Shown here piece after piece: positions 9,309 through 19,217 of a stretch of DNA of 64,000 nucleotides (within the stretch, counting starts at the first letter, position 1; every line of letters begins with the position of its first letter). A program made the position numbers and the translations under genes. The DNA comes from a virus (Duplodnaviria > Caudoviricetes). Under the pieces are notes generated by a model. The model did not search any database, was not told the DNA's origin, and was given only the letters and a program-made list of their open reading frames with translations. Location: the IMG/VR virus record IMGVR_UViG_3300027852_000032, positions 72,910 to 136,909 of that record; one strand, written 5' to 3'.

Positions 9309-11879
9309 TTATACGCTGACTAACGACTGAATAAACCCTTTATTGAAAGAAAGAGCATTTTTAATCGCTTTTTTCCCATTAGAAGAGGCGAGATAAGCTC
9401 CGATCAATTGCGGGTCAACTATATTTGCGATATGAACTTCGTTTATAGGCACCTCTTCCTTCTGATCTTTTTGTTCCCCCATAATTAATGTGTTTTTAGG
9501 AATAACAGTTTCCCCTTTTTCTAATATTGCAGGAAACTCATTATTAGATAAACCTTTATGAAGCCGAGGGGCTTCTGCAAAAATAGACGGAGAGACCATC
9601 TTTTTAACTCTCCCGAAACCAGAACCAACGACCCCTCCCGCATGACCAACTGCTGTTGATGTACCTGCCGCCGCTGCTCCTCCTCCGCCACCACCAAAAC
9701 TACTCATTAACGTAGATATCCCTTTTTGAATCGCCATCTTTGTTACCATTTTGGCAAACTCTCTTCCGATTTCGGAAAAACTGACTTTTGATTCCCAAAG
9801 CATATCGTTTAAAGTATCAACAAAAGTGTTTCCCCATCCGCTAAACATTTCGCCCATTTCATCTGACCAAGTTGATGTCTCTTTTAATTGATCTTTCATA
9901 TACTTCTTATAGCTTTCATCAATTTTAGCCATTTCAGCAATATAGACTTCAGTAAATCTTTTGATCACTTCTTCATCGCCTTCGTACTTGTCCTCGAACA
10001 TTTTTTTCTCTTGTTGCAATGTATATCTTCTTGCATCAAATGGACCTTTAATCGCTGCAATCTCTCTTAATTTTAATGAGTCCATTATTCGGATTCTTTC
10101 TTTATGTTCCCCGTCAACAATTTGCGCCAAGCTTTTTTGGAGATTAATTCTTTCTTTTAGTCTGATTTCTCCTGTTGTTTTGTATATTCCTGATTCTTTC
10201 CCATAAGAAGCGGCTAATTTCCCTAATCTTTGATTAGTCTCCCAGTCAAAAAAATCGAGTCTTTCCATTGTTAATTCTTTTAATTTGGCGTTTAACTCGA
10301 TTTCCATTTCTTTTCTTTTTCTAATAGCCGTGTCGCTATCAGGCGCAGAATCAAAAGAACTTAAAACATCATCAACCACTGAAGAAGATTCCTTCATTCT
10401 TTTTTCTATGTTCGGGTCGCCTGTAATGGTAACTTTTTTATGGTAGTTTTCATCTGATGCTGCGGATATCAGTTCATCAACAAGGCTGTTATGAACCGAC
10501 ATCGTTTCTTTCAGTTCTTCTTTTAATCTAATTTGAGCTTCCCGGAAAGTCTCTTCTCCTTCTTTAATAGAGCTCCGCAATTCATCAGCATCAAATCTTA
10601 CTTTTTCTGATACTTTGTCCATTAAAGGGACATGGGATAAGGAAGTCGATACCATATCAAGAAAATCAGATAACTCCTCTTTCATTTTCCTGATAGTTCC
10701 TTTCCAACTGGTTTCAATCGCCGCCCAAACAACCTTGACCCCGTGTTCCAAATAATAGAATCCTTTAAGGGTACCATCTACCAAAGCAACACCCGCAAGT
10801 CTTGCTGTTTCAAATTGATCGGATAATTGCTTTCCTATCTGCCACCCTGCAAAAAGAGCAAAAAGACTTGCCGCTGCTTTAGCCGTCATTGAGAGGTTCC
10901 CATTGAAAATAACGAGTTGGGCGTTTGCCGCCATGATCGCTGTTTTTGTTAATTGAAATAGCTTAGGAAGAGCATAGAGCCCTCCCCCGACCGCTACAAT
11001 TTTAATTAACGCCCCTGTCCATTTGACCAAACTTACTATTTCTTCTTTATTTTTTCGGAAATAGGCGACAAGGTCTCGAGCAGTAACAAGCGTATCTCTT
11101 GCAACAGGAAGAAATTCGTTCCCTATTTCATTTCTAAGATCTTCCCATTTTGCCTTTGTATCTTTCAAAACATTCGCGAAAGACATACTTGTTCTCGCCA
11201 AATCCCCTATAGCGTCCCCAGACCCATCAACCATTATTGTATATGCCGCCAAAGCTTTGTGAGCATAAGACAAATCTCTTTTATGATCGACCAATCCCAT
11301 GTTCAATGCCTTTTGCTCTACCGTAGTAGCCGTAAGCATAACACCATATTTTTTCATCGTCTCATAATTACCTACAAGACCTGACTGGATATCTTCCATC
11401 ACTTTTTGAGTAGAAAAATTATTAAAAGAGCCTAAATCTGCGGCTAACTTAACAATTTCTTTTGATAGACCTGCGGCAGCTTTTCGATTTAACCCCATAG
11501 GGACAAGAAGATCCTGGATGTTGCCTAAATATTTCTTTGCTTCTGTTTCTGACATAGCAAAATCAGCTTGAAGATCTTTGACCCAATTAGTCGTATTCGC
11601 TACATCCCGAAAAACAGTCTCAAACTTTCCTGTAGCCTCTTCTAAATCAGAGGCACTTTGAACTAAATCCCACGACGCTCTTGTAATTTGAGTGAAAACA
11701 GCAGCGCTGACCAAAGCTGTAAAAGCACGACCTAAAGTATTGGTCGCTTTAGTCACTTTCTTCATATCTTTTTCAGCATTGTCAGTAAAACCATCAACGG
11801 CTTTGTTTGCCCTTTTTAACCCTGAAGTGTCCACCCCTATATGCGCAAGCAGGGTTCCGACATCTAATGTTTCACTCAT
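9309..11879 (-). CDS. Tail tape measure protein
   Basis: 856 aa helical Ala/Leu-rich protein; LAADLGSFNN, C-terminal HAGGVVG..PRLH..EFPAILEKGETVIP motif. Confidence 0.92.
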   Translation of the reverse strand: MSETLDVGTLLAHIGVDTSGLKRANKAVDGFTDNAEKDMKKVTKATNTLGRAFTALVSAAVFTQITRASWDLVQSASDLEEATGKFETVFRDVANTTNWVKDLQADFAMSETEAKKYLGNIQDLLVPMGLNRKAAAGLSKEIVKLAADLGSFNNFSTQKVMEDIQSGLVGNYETMKKYGVMLTATTVEQKALNMGLVDHKRDLSYAHKALAAYTIMVDGSGDAIGDLARTSMSFANVLKDTKAKWEDLRNEIGNEFLPVARDTLVTARDLVAYFRKNKEEIVSLVKWTGALIKIVAVGGGLYALPKLFQLTKTAIMAANAQLVIFNGNLSMTAKAAASLFALFAGWQIGKQLSDQFETARLAGVALVDGTLKGFYYLEHGVKVVWAAIETSWKGTIRKMKEELSDFLDMVSTSLSHVPLMDKVSEKVRFDADELRSSIKEGEETFREAQIRLKEELKETMSVHNSLVDELISAASDENYHKKVTITGDPNIEKRMKESSSVVDDVLSSFDSAPDSDTAIRKRKEMEIELNAKLKELTMERLDFFDWETNQRLGKLAASYGKESGIYKTTGEIRLKERINLQKSLAQIVDGEHKERIRIMDSLKLREIAAIKGPFDARRYTLQQEKKMFEDKYEGDEEVIKRFTEVYIAEMAKIDESYKKYMKDQLKETSTWSDEMGEMFSGWGNTFVDTLNDMLWESKVSFSEIGREFAKMVTKMAIQKGISTLMSSFGGGGGGAAAAGTSTAVGHAGGVVGSGFGRVKKMVSPSIFAEAPRLHKGLSNNEFPAILEKGETVIPKNTLIMGEQKDQKEEVPINEVHIANIVDPQLIGAYLASSNGKKAIKNALSFNKGFIQSLVSV

Positions 11880-11885
11880 TTGGGA

Positions 11886-12197
11886 TTATCCTTTTTTTAA
11901 TTTCTTCTTTTTTCTGGGCTTGACAATTAATCTGCCTTTAAACGCTTTCTCTAAACTTTTTTTAATTTGGTCTGTTGTTTGTTTTTCTTTTTTCACCTGA
12001 TCAAACCCGATTGTGAAGTCAGGGGCTGAATATTGCCGTGTCCCTTTTTTCGAGAATACATTAGCCAAAAAAGAGATCACTCTACCGATTTGAAGATTTT
12101 GAATTATCATCCCGAAGGGTTCGACCTCAGAATAAGCTACCCAATCAGTCAATTGTCGGCTGGTTAAGTTTAGATAATCGGGATGCCTTATGCCCAA
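11886..12197 (-). CDS. Tail assembly chaperone, C-terminal (gpGT-like) part reached by -1 frameshift
   Basis: The -1 frame is open from the A7 run at 12245-12251 (IRAQRITRFKFRLSLALGIRHPD...); W.AY..VEPFG motif. Confidence 0.8.
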   Translation of the reverse strand: MGIRHPDYLNLTSRQLTDWVAYSEVEPFGMIIQNLQIGRVISFLANVFSKKGTRQYSAPDFTIGFDQVKKEKQTTDQIKKSLEKAFKGRLIVKPRKKKKLKKG

Positions 12198-12251
12198 CGC
12201 AAGAGAAAGTCTAAACTTAAATCTGGTTATGCGTTGGGCTCTGATTTTTTT
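12192..12251 (-). promoter_or_regulatory. Programmed -1 ribosomal frameshift signal (A AAA AAA plus 10-bp stem)
   Basis: mRNA GUA AAA AAA UCAGA then GCCCAACGCA...UGCGUUGGGC perfect stem (arms 12230-12239 and 12192-12201). Confidence 0.8.
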
Positions 12252-12607
12252 ACTAACGCTTTGACTTCATCCTCCCCTAAGCCACTCAATCTTTTTGCAA
12301 CCCTGTACATTTCAACCATCATTCGCCCTGATATTTTTCCAATAGCCTGAGCATCCTCTAAAGAGAATATTTTGTTTCCTTCTCCATCAACGCAACTCAA
12401 CGCCAGTGTTTTAGCCCTCAGATTCTTAAGATTAATTTTATCCCCCTGGACAACACTTAATTCAAGAGTATCTCGGTCATCAACCGTAAGTTCCTGAATA
12501 ATAACTTCTCCCTCTAACCCATAAGGGGTACAATCAAAATTTTCCTGCACTAATTCTTTGGTTAAAATTTGCTCTTTGGTTAAAAGCATCGTTACCCTCC
12601 TGTACAT
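12227..12607 (-). CDS. Tail assembly chaperone (gpG-like)
   Basis: LLTKEQIL start, V.IQELT..DRD, SCVDGEGNKIF; lies between tail tube and tape measure genes. Confidence 0.85.
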   Translation of the reverse strand: MYRRVTMLLTKEQILTKELVQENFDCTPYGLEGEVIIQELTVDDRDTLELSVVQGDKINLKNLRAKTLALSCVDGEGNKIFSLEDAQAIGKISGRMMVEMYRVAKRLSGLGEDEVKALVKKSEPNA

Positions 12608-12658
12608 GAACTTTTTAAAATTATTCTAAAAAAATAAGATCTTTATCATCTTGTTTTA

Positions 12659-13087
12659 TTACGACGTCATTACGACCTGTCCTGTAATCTTGATTGATAC
12701 AGATGCTGTAACTTTATCATCCATAGGAATAGCCATACTCAGCCCTGTTACATACCCTGTAAAATCAAACTGAGTAGCCCCTGTATCGGGAAGAACGATT
12801 CTGTATTCAACAGAAGAATCAGATTCAAAATCATCGTTCAAATCATCATAACCATCACGGGTAAAATTCATTTCCAAAGAAACCTCCCCCGCATCACGAA
12901 AACTGGCGATAAACTCTTTGTACCCACCTACACTATCTAAGCTTGTGACGTCGATTGTTCCTCGAGTTTTATTTGGGCCGCTTATTGAGTTCACCTCGGC
13001 GATAGTCTCAAAAACACTTCCTGCTGAGGATGACGCCCCTGTCGCCCTTCTGAATGTTGTTCCTACCCCACTAAAAGCGTTACTCAT
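12659..13087 (-). CDS. Major tail tube protein
   Basis: IAEVNSISGP..TRGTIDVTSLDS.GGYKEFIASFRDAGEVS; ends IKITG. Confidence 0.92.
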   Translation of the reverse strand: MSNAFSGVGTTFRRATGASSSAGSVFETIAEVNSISGPNKTRGTIDVTSLDSVGGYKEFIASFRDAGEVSLEMNFTRDGYDDLNDDFESDSSVEYRIVLPDTGATQFDFTGYVTGLSMAIPMDDKVTASVSIKITGQVVMTS

Positions 13088-13117
13088 GGTATCCCCTCCT
13101 TTCCTTTTTATTTCTTT

Positions 13118-13513
13118 TTATTGGGTTCTATGTATCCGGACATTAACTGTAAACTCAGGTCTATCTTTTTTATCATATCCTGCAAAAAAGATATCTGACA
13201 TCAGCCAAATTCCAATATATCTTGCACCGTTTATTGTTTTATTATGAATCCCCCTTAAATATTCTTTAGCGTTTTCAATTAATGAATAAGCCTCCCTATA
13301 CCCATTTTGGTTTCCTCTAACACGCATTTGAATAGTAGGCCTATCGTACTTATAATTTGCTTGTGGGGCATATCCCCCAGTGTCGTAAAGAGTTAAACAT
13401 AAATCGGGGGTATCTGGTTGCTTAAAGCAAAAAAGATTAACTTTAAACTCTAACTCCGTGACACTGGGGGACTCAATCAAAATATCCTTTATGTCTTGTG
13501 AAGGGGCATTCAT
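13118..13513 (-). CDS. Tail terminator / minor capsid-type protein
   Basis: PD.PD.CLTLYDTGG, PTIQMRVRG, D..DRPEFTVN motifs; position. Confidence 0.8.
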   Translation of the reverse strand: MNAPSQDIKDILIESPSVTELEFKVNLFCFKQPDTPDLCLTLYDTGGYAPQANYKYDRPTIQMRVRGNQNGYREAYSLIENAKEYLRGIHNKTINGARYIGIWLMSDIFFAGYDKKDRPEFTVNVRIHRTQ

Positions 13514-13545
13514 TGTTACTCCTTATTTCACCTTATCTACCCTTG

Positions 13546-13908
13546 TTAAATTTTAACTTTTTTCTGAAACTCACCACCAAGTATTGATGCGGCTTCCTTT
13601 AAAGGGGTCTCTAAAAATTTTGCTTGAGCTCCTGGTTTTCTAAAGTTCGCCTCTACCATCTCATGTACATAAGGAGCATAATTAGCGGTGAGCCCAATTT
13701 CCGCAAATATTTTATCTTTTTTCTGTTGCAAAATTGGTCCGTACCAACTATTGATAAGATTGCCCGTATCACCTACAGGGGTCAGTCTCGTTCCTTTTTC
13801 TCTTACGGCTACCCCTACTTCCGTCAACATTTTTTTTGATTTTATAATGAAATTATCAACAGCTTTATCAACCCTTTTTTTGACTTCTTCTTTACCTTTT
13901 AATTTCAT
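13546..13908 (-). CDS. HK97 gp10-like tail completion protein
   Basis: TPVGDTGNLINS, YAPYVHE, AKFLE motifs. Confidence 0.85.
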   Translation of the reverse strand: MKLKGKEEVKKRVDKAVDNFIIKSKKMLTEVGVAVREKGTRLTPVGDTGNLINSWYGPILQQKKDKIFAEIGLTANYAPYVHEMVEANFRKPGAQAKFLETPLKEAASILGGEFQKKVKI

Positions 13909-13936
13909 TATAATTTACCCTTTTTAGCTGCGTGTT

Positions 13937-14302
13937 TTAGCTGCGTGCACTTGAAAGAAACGCGCTCGAAAAAAACTGATTCCCCTTTATGTTTGGTATT
14001 TTTTCAACTTTTTTAATCTCGTAAGCGTTATGCTCAAGAGAGGGATCGTCTCCACATTCAGAGGAAGAAAGATCATCTAATGTTCCTAAAAATAAATAAC
14101 CCCCCGCGTTTAATTCTTGATCTGAAAAAATTGAAGAATCTGAAAGAACTTCGTTACCGTCGGCATTAGTAAACCAATCAATTTTATCTTCCCATCTAAC
14201 GTCAATTTCTATGCCTGGGGTAAAAGCTTTTCCCCCGTACCCATCATCTTCAGCGGAAGCCCAATATACTGCTTTTTGATTTAAGAGTCTTTTTATTTTC
14301 AT
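13937..14302 (-). CDS. Head closure / stopper protein
   Basis: QKAVYW...DGYGG...EIDVRWED; position in neck module. Confidence 0.75.
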   Translation of the reverse strand: MKIKRLLNQKAVYWASAEDDGYGGKAFTPGIEIDVRWEDKIDWFTNADGNEVLSDSSIFSDQELNAGGYLFLGTLDDLSSSECGDDPSLEHNAYEIKKVEKIPNIKGNQFFSSAFLSSARS

Positions 14303-14305
14303 AAT

Positions 14306-14677
14306 TTAAGTATCCCTAAAATCATCTACTTTAATAACCACTCTTTTTTTCCCCAATTGGGACAATGTTCCAGAAGTATCAAGCAATAATACTTGCTGCC
14401 CAAACGAAGTGCCTTCAAGCCCTTTCCCCATTACAGAGGATTCATAATGGGTGCTCGCCGCGCCAATTGATTCTGATTTAATTTTTGGGTCCCTTATGGC
14501 TACCAAATGAGCAGCCATCCACCTTTCAATTTCCTTTAAAAGGGGCTCTCCTAAGTTTTTATCACTCAATTTTTGGTCAACAATCAAATGAGCAGCAGAT
14601 ATAAAAGGGAACAAATTTGTTAAATCAGTATCGATAATTGCCTGGACATCATCAGCCCTTACTCTTTCATTTGCCAT
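14306..14677 (-). CDS. Head-tail adaptor protein
   Basis: IERWMAAHL, SESIG, GTSFGQQ..LLDTSG motifs. Confidence 0.8.
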   Translation of the reverse strand: MANERVRADDVQAIIDTDLTNLFPFISAAHLIVDQKLSDKNLGEPLLKEIERWMAAHLVAIRDPKIKSESIGAASTHYESSVMGKGLEGTSFGQQVLLLDTSGTLSQLGKKRVVIKVDDFRDT

Positions 14678-15386
14678 GCCTTTTCCTCTTACTCAGCCAT
14701 TTTCTCCATAATCCGGGGTCAACAAAATCATTGGCTTTTTCTAAATCCCATTCAAGCCCAAGGTTATTGATCACTATTTGCATTTCGCTAAAATCACCCT
14801 GAACCATTCTTTGTGGCCAGACTTCTTGAATGTTTAACTTTTCATCAACCATGTCCTCGAACCGTTTTTCATGCTCCGCCACCCAACTTATCCAGCCTGA
14901 CCTTTTTTTATGAGCCCTCATGAATGATGTTCGAAGACAGCTATTAACAATATCTTCCGTTTCTCTTCGAACAATAACCCACTTAGCCCCGGGGAAAGCT
15001 TTATGCCAAATTTGCCATATAAGACACATCTTCGCACCTTTATAGAACCAAACACCTCCTTTATAACCTTCTTTGCTCATTATTTCCTGGACTTGACCCC
15101 TCCATTTATTACAAAAGGTACTTGTAAACTTTTCAATATCTTTTGTATCGGGAAGAGGAAATTGCCCCAATGGGTCGCAATTAATACTTTTTAGGAAAGG
15201 TTTGACTAATTGATTTCTAATACTTAAATTCTCAAACATTCCTTTTGAGTTATATTTATTGGGACCAGATAAACCTCCTCCAAAAACCCCTCCAACCGAA
15301 TGGATTAACCCTGCCGTCATCGACGTTCCTGAACGGGCACATCCGGTGATCAAAATAGGTTGTTCCATTTTACCCCTCACCCTCAC
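14667..15386 (-). CDS. Sulfotransferase-family protein
   Basis: 5'-PSB loop ILITGCARSGTS, N..G.FE, FPGAKWVIVRR...IVNS (3'-PB-like). Confidence 0.8.
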   Translation of the reverse strand: MRVRGKMEQPILITGCARSGTSMTAGLIHSVGGVFGGGLSGPNKYNSKGMFENLSIRNQLVKPFLKSINCDPLGQFPLPDTKDIEKFTSTFCNKWRGQVQEIMSKEGYKGGVWFYKGAKMCLIWQIWHKAFPGAKWVIVRRETEDIVNSCLRTSFMRAHKKRSGWISWVAEHEKRFEDMVDEKLNIQEVWPQRMVQGDFSEMQIVINNLGLEWDLEKANDFVDPGLWRKWLSKRKRHGK

Positions 15387-16023
15387 CCCACCATGTTTTT
15401 ATCCAAGGCGCGGTTGCTTCGCTCGGCCTTGGTCTGCCATGAAACATGATTATTTTTGCATCATCCGGCAAACTATTTCTGCAATGGTACTTATAAGAAT
15501 AAATACCGGGAACAACATCCTGAATAACCCTTATATCTACTTCTTTTCTGATTAACCAGTCAGATGAGTAAGCCTGCTCCCCTCCTTTTTTAAATTTTAT
15601 CATGTTCTTATCTGGAGCTCTACGAAAATCATGATAAATGCCGGTCCAGTCTCCACTCCAAACCATAACCCCTGAACTCCATTTTACTCCTCTCGCCAGA
15701 GCCCTCTTTTGAGGGCGGCACATATAAAAAGAGTCAAGGGGGCAATCAGAGGCTAATTTCTCTAAAGGGGCCAAAGATGAAGTAATAATAGTATCTAGCC
15801 CTGTCGCAATGACCGGACCTGTGATACGAAACATTTCTATTATTGACCACCACCCCTTCCAATTATGCCTCAAAGGATAATATCCAGGAACTTGAGGATC
15901 GTCCGACAAACAGACGAAATCTACATCTCGAGAAGAATGGCGTTCGACCATCTCTTTCATTCTCTCAACATAATTCGCATCATAATCTCCTCCTGTTTTA
16001 AGGACAACAAGGAAAGTTATCAT
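15370..16023 (-). CDS. Glycosyltransferase (GT-A, GT8-like)
   Basis: VLKTGGDY...YVERM, FVCLSD, GWW, GLDTII, SSGVMVW, G.EQAY, IIMFHGRPRP. Confidence 0.8.
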   Translation of the reverse strand: MITFLVVLKTGGDYDANYVERMKEMVERHSSRDVDFVCLSDDPQVPGYYPLRHNWKGWWSIIEMFRITGPVIATGLDTIITSSLAPLEKLASDCPLDSFYMCRPQKRALARGVKWSSGVMVWSGDWTGIYHDFRRAPDKNMIKFKKGGEQAYSSDWLIRKEVDIRVIQDVVPGIYSYKYHCRNSLPDDAKIIMFHGRPRPSEATAPWIKTWWGEGEG

Positions 16024-16508
16024 AACCTCTCCTCTTCAGGAACAAAGCCCATAAACCTTGCAGGAGCCCCAATATACTTCCCATAAGGAACTGTATTTCT
16101 GGTTACAACCGACCCCGCACCAATAAAAGATTCTCTTCTTATTTCGACCCCAGGCAAAACCAAGACCCCTATCGCTAATCTTGCCCCGTACCTAATGATA
16201 GGGGCTTTTTTATTAAAAGAGACTTTATCTCGACGTAAATGAACCATCCTTCTATCGTTCGCCCCAATATAACCGGGGGCGATGAAAACTTTATCTTCTA
16301 TTATCGTTCCCGCGGTTATATGACATTGAGCATGGATTAAACAGTCATCCCCTATTTTACAATCGCCCTCAAATACGGTTAAATGGCCGACAACTGTATT
16401 TTTTCCAATGATTGTTCTTTTTTTCAATACGCAATAATTACCAAGATAAGTCTTATCTCCTATCTTACACCCTTTTTCTATTACGACTCCAACACCGCAC
16501 CTATACAT
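16020..16508 (-). CDS. Hexapeptide-repeat (LbH) acyl/acetyltransferase
   Basis: IG.. hexapeptide repeats; ANDR, VLPGVEI...FIGAGSVVTR...GAPAR. Confidence 0.9.
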   Translation of the reverse strand: MYRCGVGVVIEKGCKIGDKTYLGNYCVLKKRTIIGKNTVVGHLTVFEGDCKIGDDCLIHAQCHITAGTIIEDKVFIAPGYIGANDRRMVHLRRDKVSFNKKAPIIRYGARLAIGVLVLPGVEIRRESFIGAGSVVTRNTVPYGKYIGAPARFMGFVPEEERL

Positions 16509-17223
16509 AGTTTAAAGCCTCCTCTGGTGTCATTATTGGAAAAACTTTAAGCGCCGAATTTGGCGTTGCGTTGATAATTTCCAAGCCCATAACCTTTGCA
16601 TCCCGGGCAATTGCTGGAAAAGGGACAAGGAATCTTTCATAAGGATTTTTCAATGGGCTGGGATGATCATTATGCCAATTAGGCTCATTGTTTACTCTTC
16701 TCATATCAAACCCCAAAAGAATAATTTTTTTCGCCCCTAAATGATAAGCCATGTTGATGGCAGATGCCCCAGAGCTTCTGTTCCAGGCGACAAACCGAGG
16801 GCGATTATCAATTCCTTGTGGTTTTCCTTTACATACCCCGTAGATGCCATCTTTCTTATGAAGTTTCTCTCTGCAACACGCGATCATTCCGGGGAAATCC
16901 CTAAGCCATTTTCTATGCCACCCAAACCATCGCTCATCTCCAAACCAACACAAATCAACCCATATGCGGGGGATATAATGGGTAGTCTCTTCCCCGGACC
17001 GGTCCTTCACCGGAGAACCGTAAGCGTTGTTAACTCCGATGACTCTAAATTTATGAAAAGGAGTTAAATCAACATCATTTAAAGAGGGACCACCCCCAAG
17101 AATTATACAGGTTTGCCCTCTCCAAATATCAATTACTTTCCACGCTTTATTCGACTGCGTCTTGGTCCTCATCTTCTGTTTCATCTTCTGTTTCATCTTT
17201 TTTTGTTTGATTTTCCAAAACAA
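16501..17223 (-). CDS. DUF115/Maf-like (sialyltransferase-type fold) glycosyltransferase
   Basis: CIILGGGPSL, IGVNNA, SSGASAINMAYHLGAKKIILLGFDM, IINATPNSAL.VFP. Confidence 0.75.
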   Translation of the reverse strand: MFWKIKQKKMKQKMKQKMRTKTQSNKAWKVIDIWRGQTCIILGGGPSLNDVDLTPFHKFRVIGVNNAYGSPVKDRSGEETTHYIPRIWVDLCWFGDERWFGWHRKWLRDFPGMIACCREKLHKKDGIYGVCKGKPQGIDNRPRFVAWNRSSGASAINMAYHLGAKKIILLGFDMRRVNNEPNWHNDHPSPLKNPYERFLVPFPAIARDAKVMGLEIINATPNSALKVFPIMTPEEALNYV

Positions 17224-17512
17224 GGTCGTCCGCTTCCTTAGAGGTCAATAATCGATCATTAATTGGAGATTCTGTTTCCATGTTAATGACATTATACTTG
17301 CCCCCGCCTTTATGCTCTTTTTTTAAGCGAGTAACGACCCAACGCAAAGGTTCTGGAGGCGGGGTATTGAGGACTTCGACCCGATGGGACATCCATTTTA
17401 TTTTGGAAAGGAGCTCCTCGAATATCTCCCCTTTCTTAATTACTTTTTCCCCGCATCGATGCCTTCCTGACAATAACTTAAACCGAATTTTTCTTTCTTT
17501 AGGGTTGAACAT
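17147..17512 (-). CDS. Hypothetical protein downstream of major capsid
   Basis: 121 aa ORF with RBS (GAGGAAAGGA) and acidic tail. Confidence 0.6.
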   Translation of the reverse strand: MFNPKERKIRFKLLSGRHRCGEKVIKKGEIFEELLSKIKWMSHRVEVLNTPPPEPLRWVVTRLKKEHKGGGKYNVINMETESPINDRLLTSKEADDLVLENQTKKDETEDETEDEDQDAVE

Positions 17513-17569
17513 ATTTTTCCTTTCCTCTTTGGTTAAAAGGTTAAAAGGCTAAGAGGTTAAAAAATAGAA

Positions 17570-18589
17570 TTACTCAGAATAGATGGCGATTCCACAATCA
17601 TCTTCCTGAGACTTTCTTGGCTGCGGAAGGATAATACACATAACCTTAAAGTTTTTCTTCAGACCACCTTCGCTGTCCCATTCAACAACTGTTACCTGAA
17701 GGCCGATTATCATTCGGATTACATCAGCAGTCAACTGAACCATTGCCACTTTATCAGAGCTCATTTTATCAGCTACCTGAATGAAGTCAATATTGGAAAT
17801 CTGATCTAATCTTTCCCGTATAGTCTTGGGATAATTAGAGACGTAATCTTCATCAAGCTTTGTTTCATAAGCAGTAGGGAGCCAAAGACCATAAGGACCG
17901 AAATGATGAGAATCAATCAACGCTTGTTTCATATTAACAATATCATCAACAATATTTGCGCCGGTTGTACCTGAAGCGTCCCAATGCCCATTTAAAGAGC
18001 CTGAGTTCACATTCGGAAAGTCTTCAATTCCTCTTATTGTACCACCTCCAAAACTGTACCCGTTATATCCCCGAAAGAATATCTGCTCTACCATTTCAGA
18101 TACTTTTCGGGCGGACATTTCTGCCATAGTAGTATCAAGGGGCATGTTCCCATTACGAGAGGCTGCGATTTCACGTATACTGAAGGAAAAATCTTTATGA
18201 ATAACAGGTAAAGGCATATACCCGATATCGTACTCAGGGCGGTCTCTGCGGCCTTTAGCAAGGGCATCCATATTGACCTCAGCGTCCTCGACGTCAGACA
18301 TATTCTGCCATGACAGCACAGTTTTACCCAATCCGTCAGGAATGTTATATGTTAACCCTCTACCAATCAGCTGCTGAACGGCGACTAATCTATCTTGCGC
18401 CGCCTTCAGAACCACTCGATCAACCTCTTTCCATTCATCGTAAAGTAAGGTGTCATTTGTCCGGAGGGAATTTACGTTGAAATTGGATTTCAATAATTTT
18501 TCCGCCACATCCCCTGTACTCTTGATGTTACCTCCATCAAAAGATAAAACGTCAATGTTAGCTGGAGTTCCCTGTTTAGTTCTGTCCAT
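17570..18589 (-). CDS. Major capsid protein (HK97 fold, linocin M18/encapsulin-like)
   Basis: 339 aa; PLPVIHKDFSFSIREIAASR, PLDTTMAE, FGPYGLWLP; follows decoration and protease genes. Confidence 0.88.
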   Translation of the reverse strand: MDRTKQGTPANIDVLSFDGGNIKSTGDVAEKLLKSNFNVNSLRTNDTLLYDEWKEVDRVVLKAAQDRLVAVQQLIGRGLTYNIPDGLGKTVLSWQNMSDVEDAEVNMDALAKGRRDRPEYDIGYMPLPVIHKDFSFSIREIAASRNGNMPLDTTMAEMSARKVSEMVEQIFFRGYNGYSFGGGTIRGIEDFPNVNSGSLNGHWDASGTTGANIVDDIVNMKQALIDSHHFGPYGLWLPTAYETKLDEDYVSNYPKTIRERLDQISNIDFIQVADKMSSDKVAMVQLTADVIRMIIGLQVTVVEWDSEGGLKKNFKVMCIILPQPRKSQEDDCGIAIYSE

Positions 18590-18666
18590 TTTTTTGCAAT
18601 CCTTCTTTTTTTAATAACATTAAATAACCGAAAACTTAGTCAAAAACTTAATATCCAGTTTCAATA

Positions 18667-19134
18667 TTAAATGACTTCAACTTTAATCGCTGTTGCAGAA
18701 TCTGAAGACGTAGACAAGTCGAGGGCTTCAAGCGCCTGAGCAACAATAGATCCAACGACGACATCCGCAACGGAAACTTCCGCATCAACCTTGCGTAAAG
18801 TACCATCTCCCTGACTTTCCAGATAATCCCCTACTGCAACACTTTCTCCCTGTGCCAATATTGCAGCAACCTCATCTCCTGGCCCGCAAACAACGAACTG
18901 GACCCTGCTGTTGATAGCGTAATTGTCCACAACACTATTCCCCTGCATTGAATCCTCTATGGCAAAAATAGCAGCCGCAGGGCCACCAGCAGTAGCGTGA
19001 ATCTTAACATTTCCAGCAGTGCTGCTCCGCTGAACCAAATGGCCGGGATAAATAGTCGCCGCCTCAGCTTTTCCTTCTTTTGGGATTGGCTCTCCTTCTC
19101 TCCCTGATTTTAAGAAAATAGTTCTAATCGCCAT
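18667..19134 (-). CDS. Capsid decoration/cement protein
   Basis: 155 aa Ala/Gly-rich; IYPGHLV, GDYLES.GDGTLR; directly upstream of the major capsid gene. Confidence 0.75.
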   Translation of the reverse strand: MAIRTIFLKSGREGEPIPKEGKAEAATIYPGHLVQRSSTAGNVKIHATAGGPAAAIFAIEDSMQGNSVVDNYAINSRVQFVVCGPGDEVAAILAQGESVAVGDYLESQGDGTLRKVDAEVSVADVVVGSIVAQALEALDLSTSSDSATAIKVEVI

Positions 19135-19217
19135 CTTTTACCTCCATCAAAATTATTTAATTTTAAACTACTTTAAACTACTTTAAACCACTTTAAACTA
19201 CTTTGGATTACTTTAAT

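Noticed and set aside
17570-18589. Encapsulin or bacteriocin
   Set aside because: Context (portal, protease, decoration, neck genes) identifies it as the phage major capsid protein
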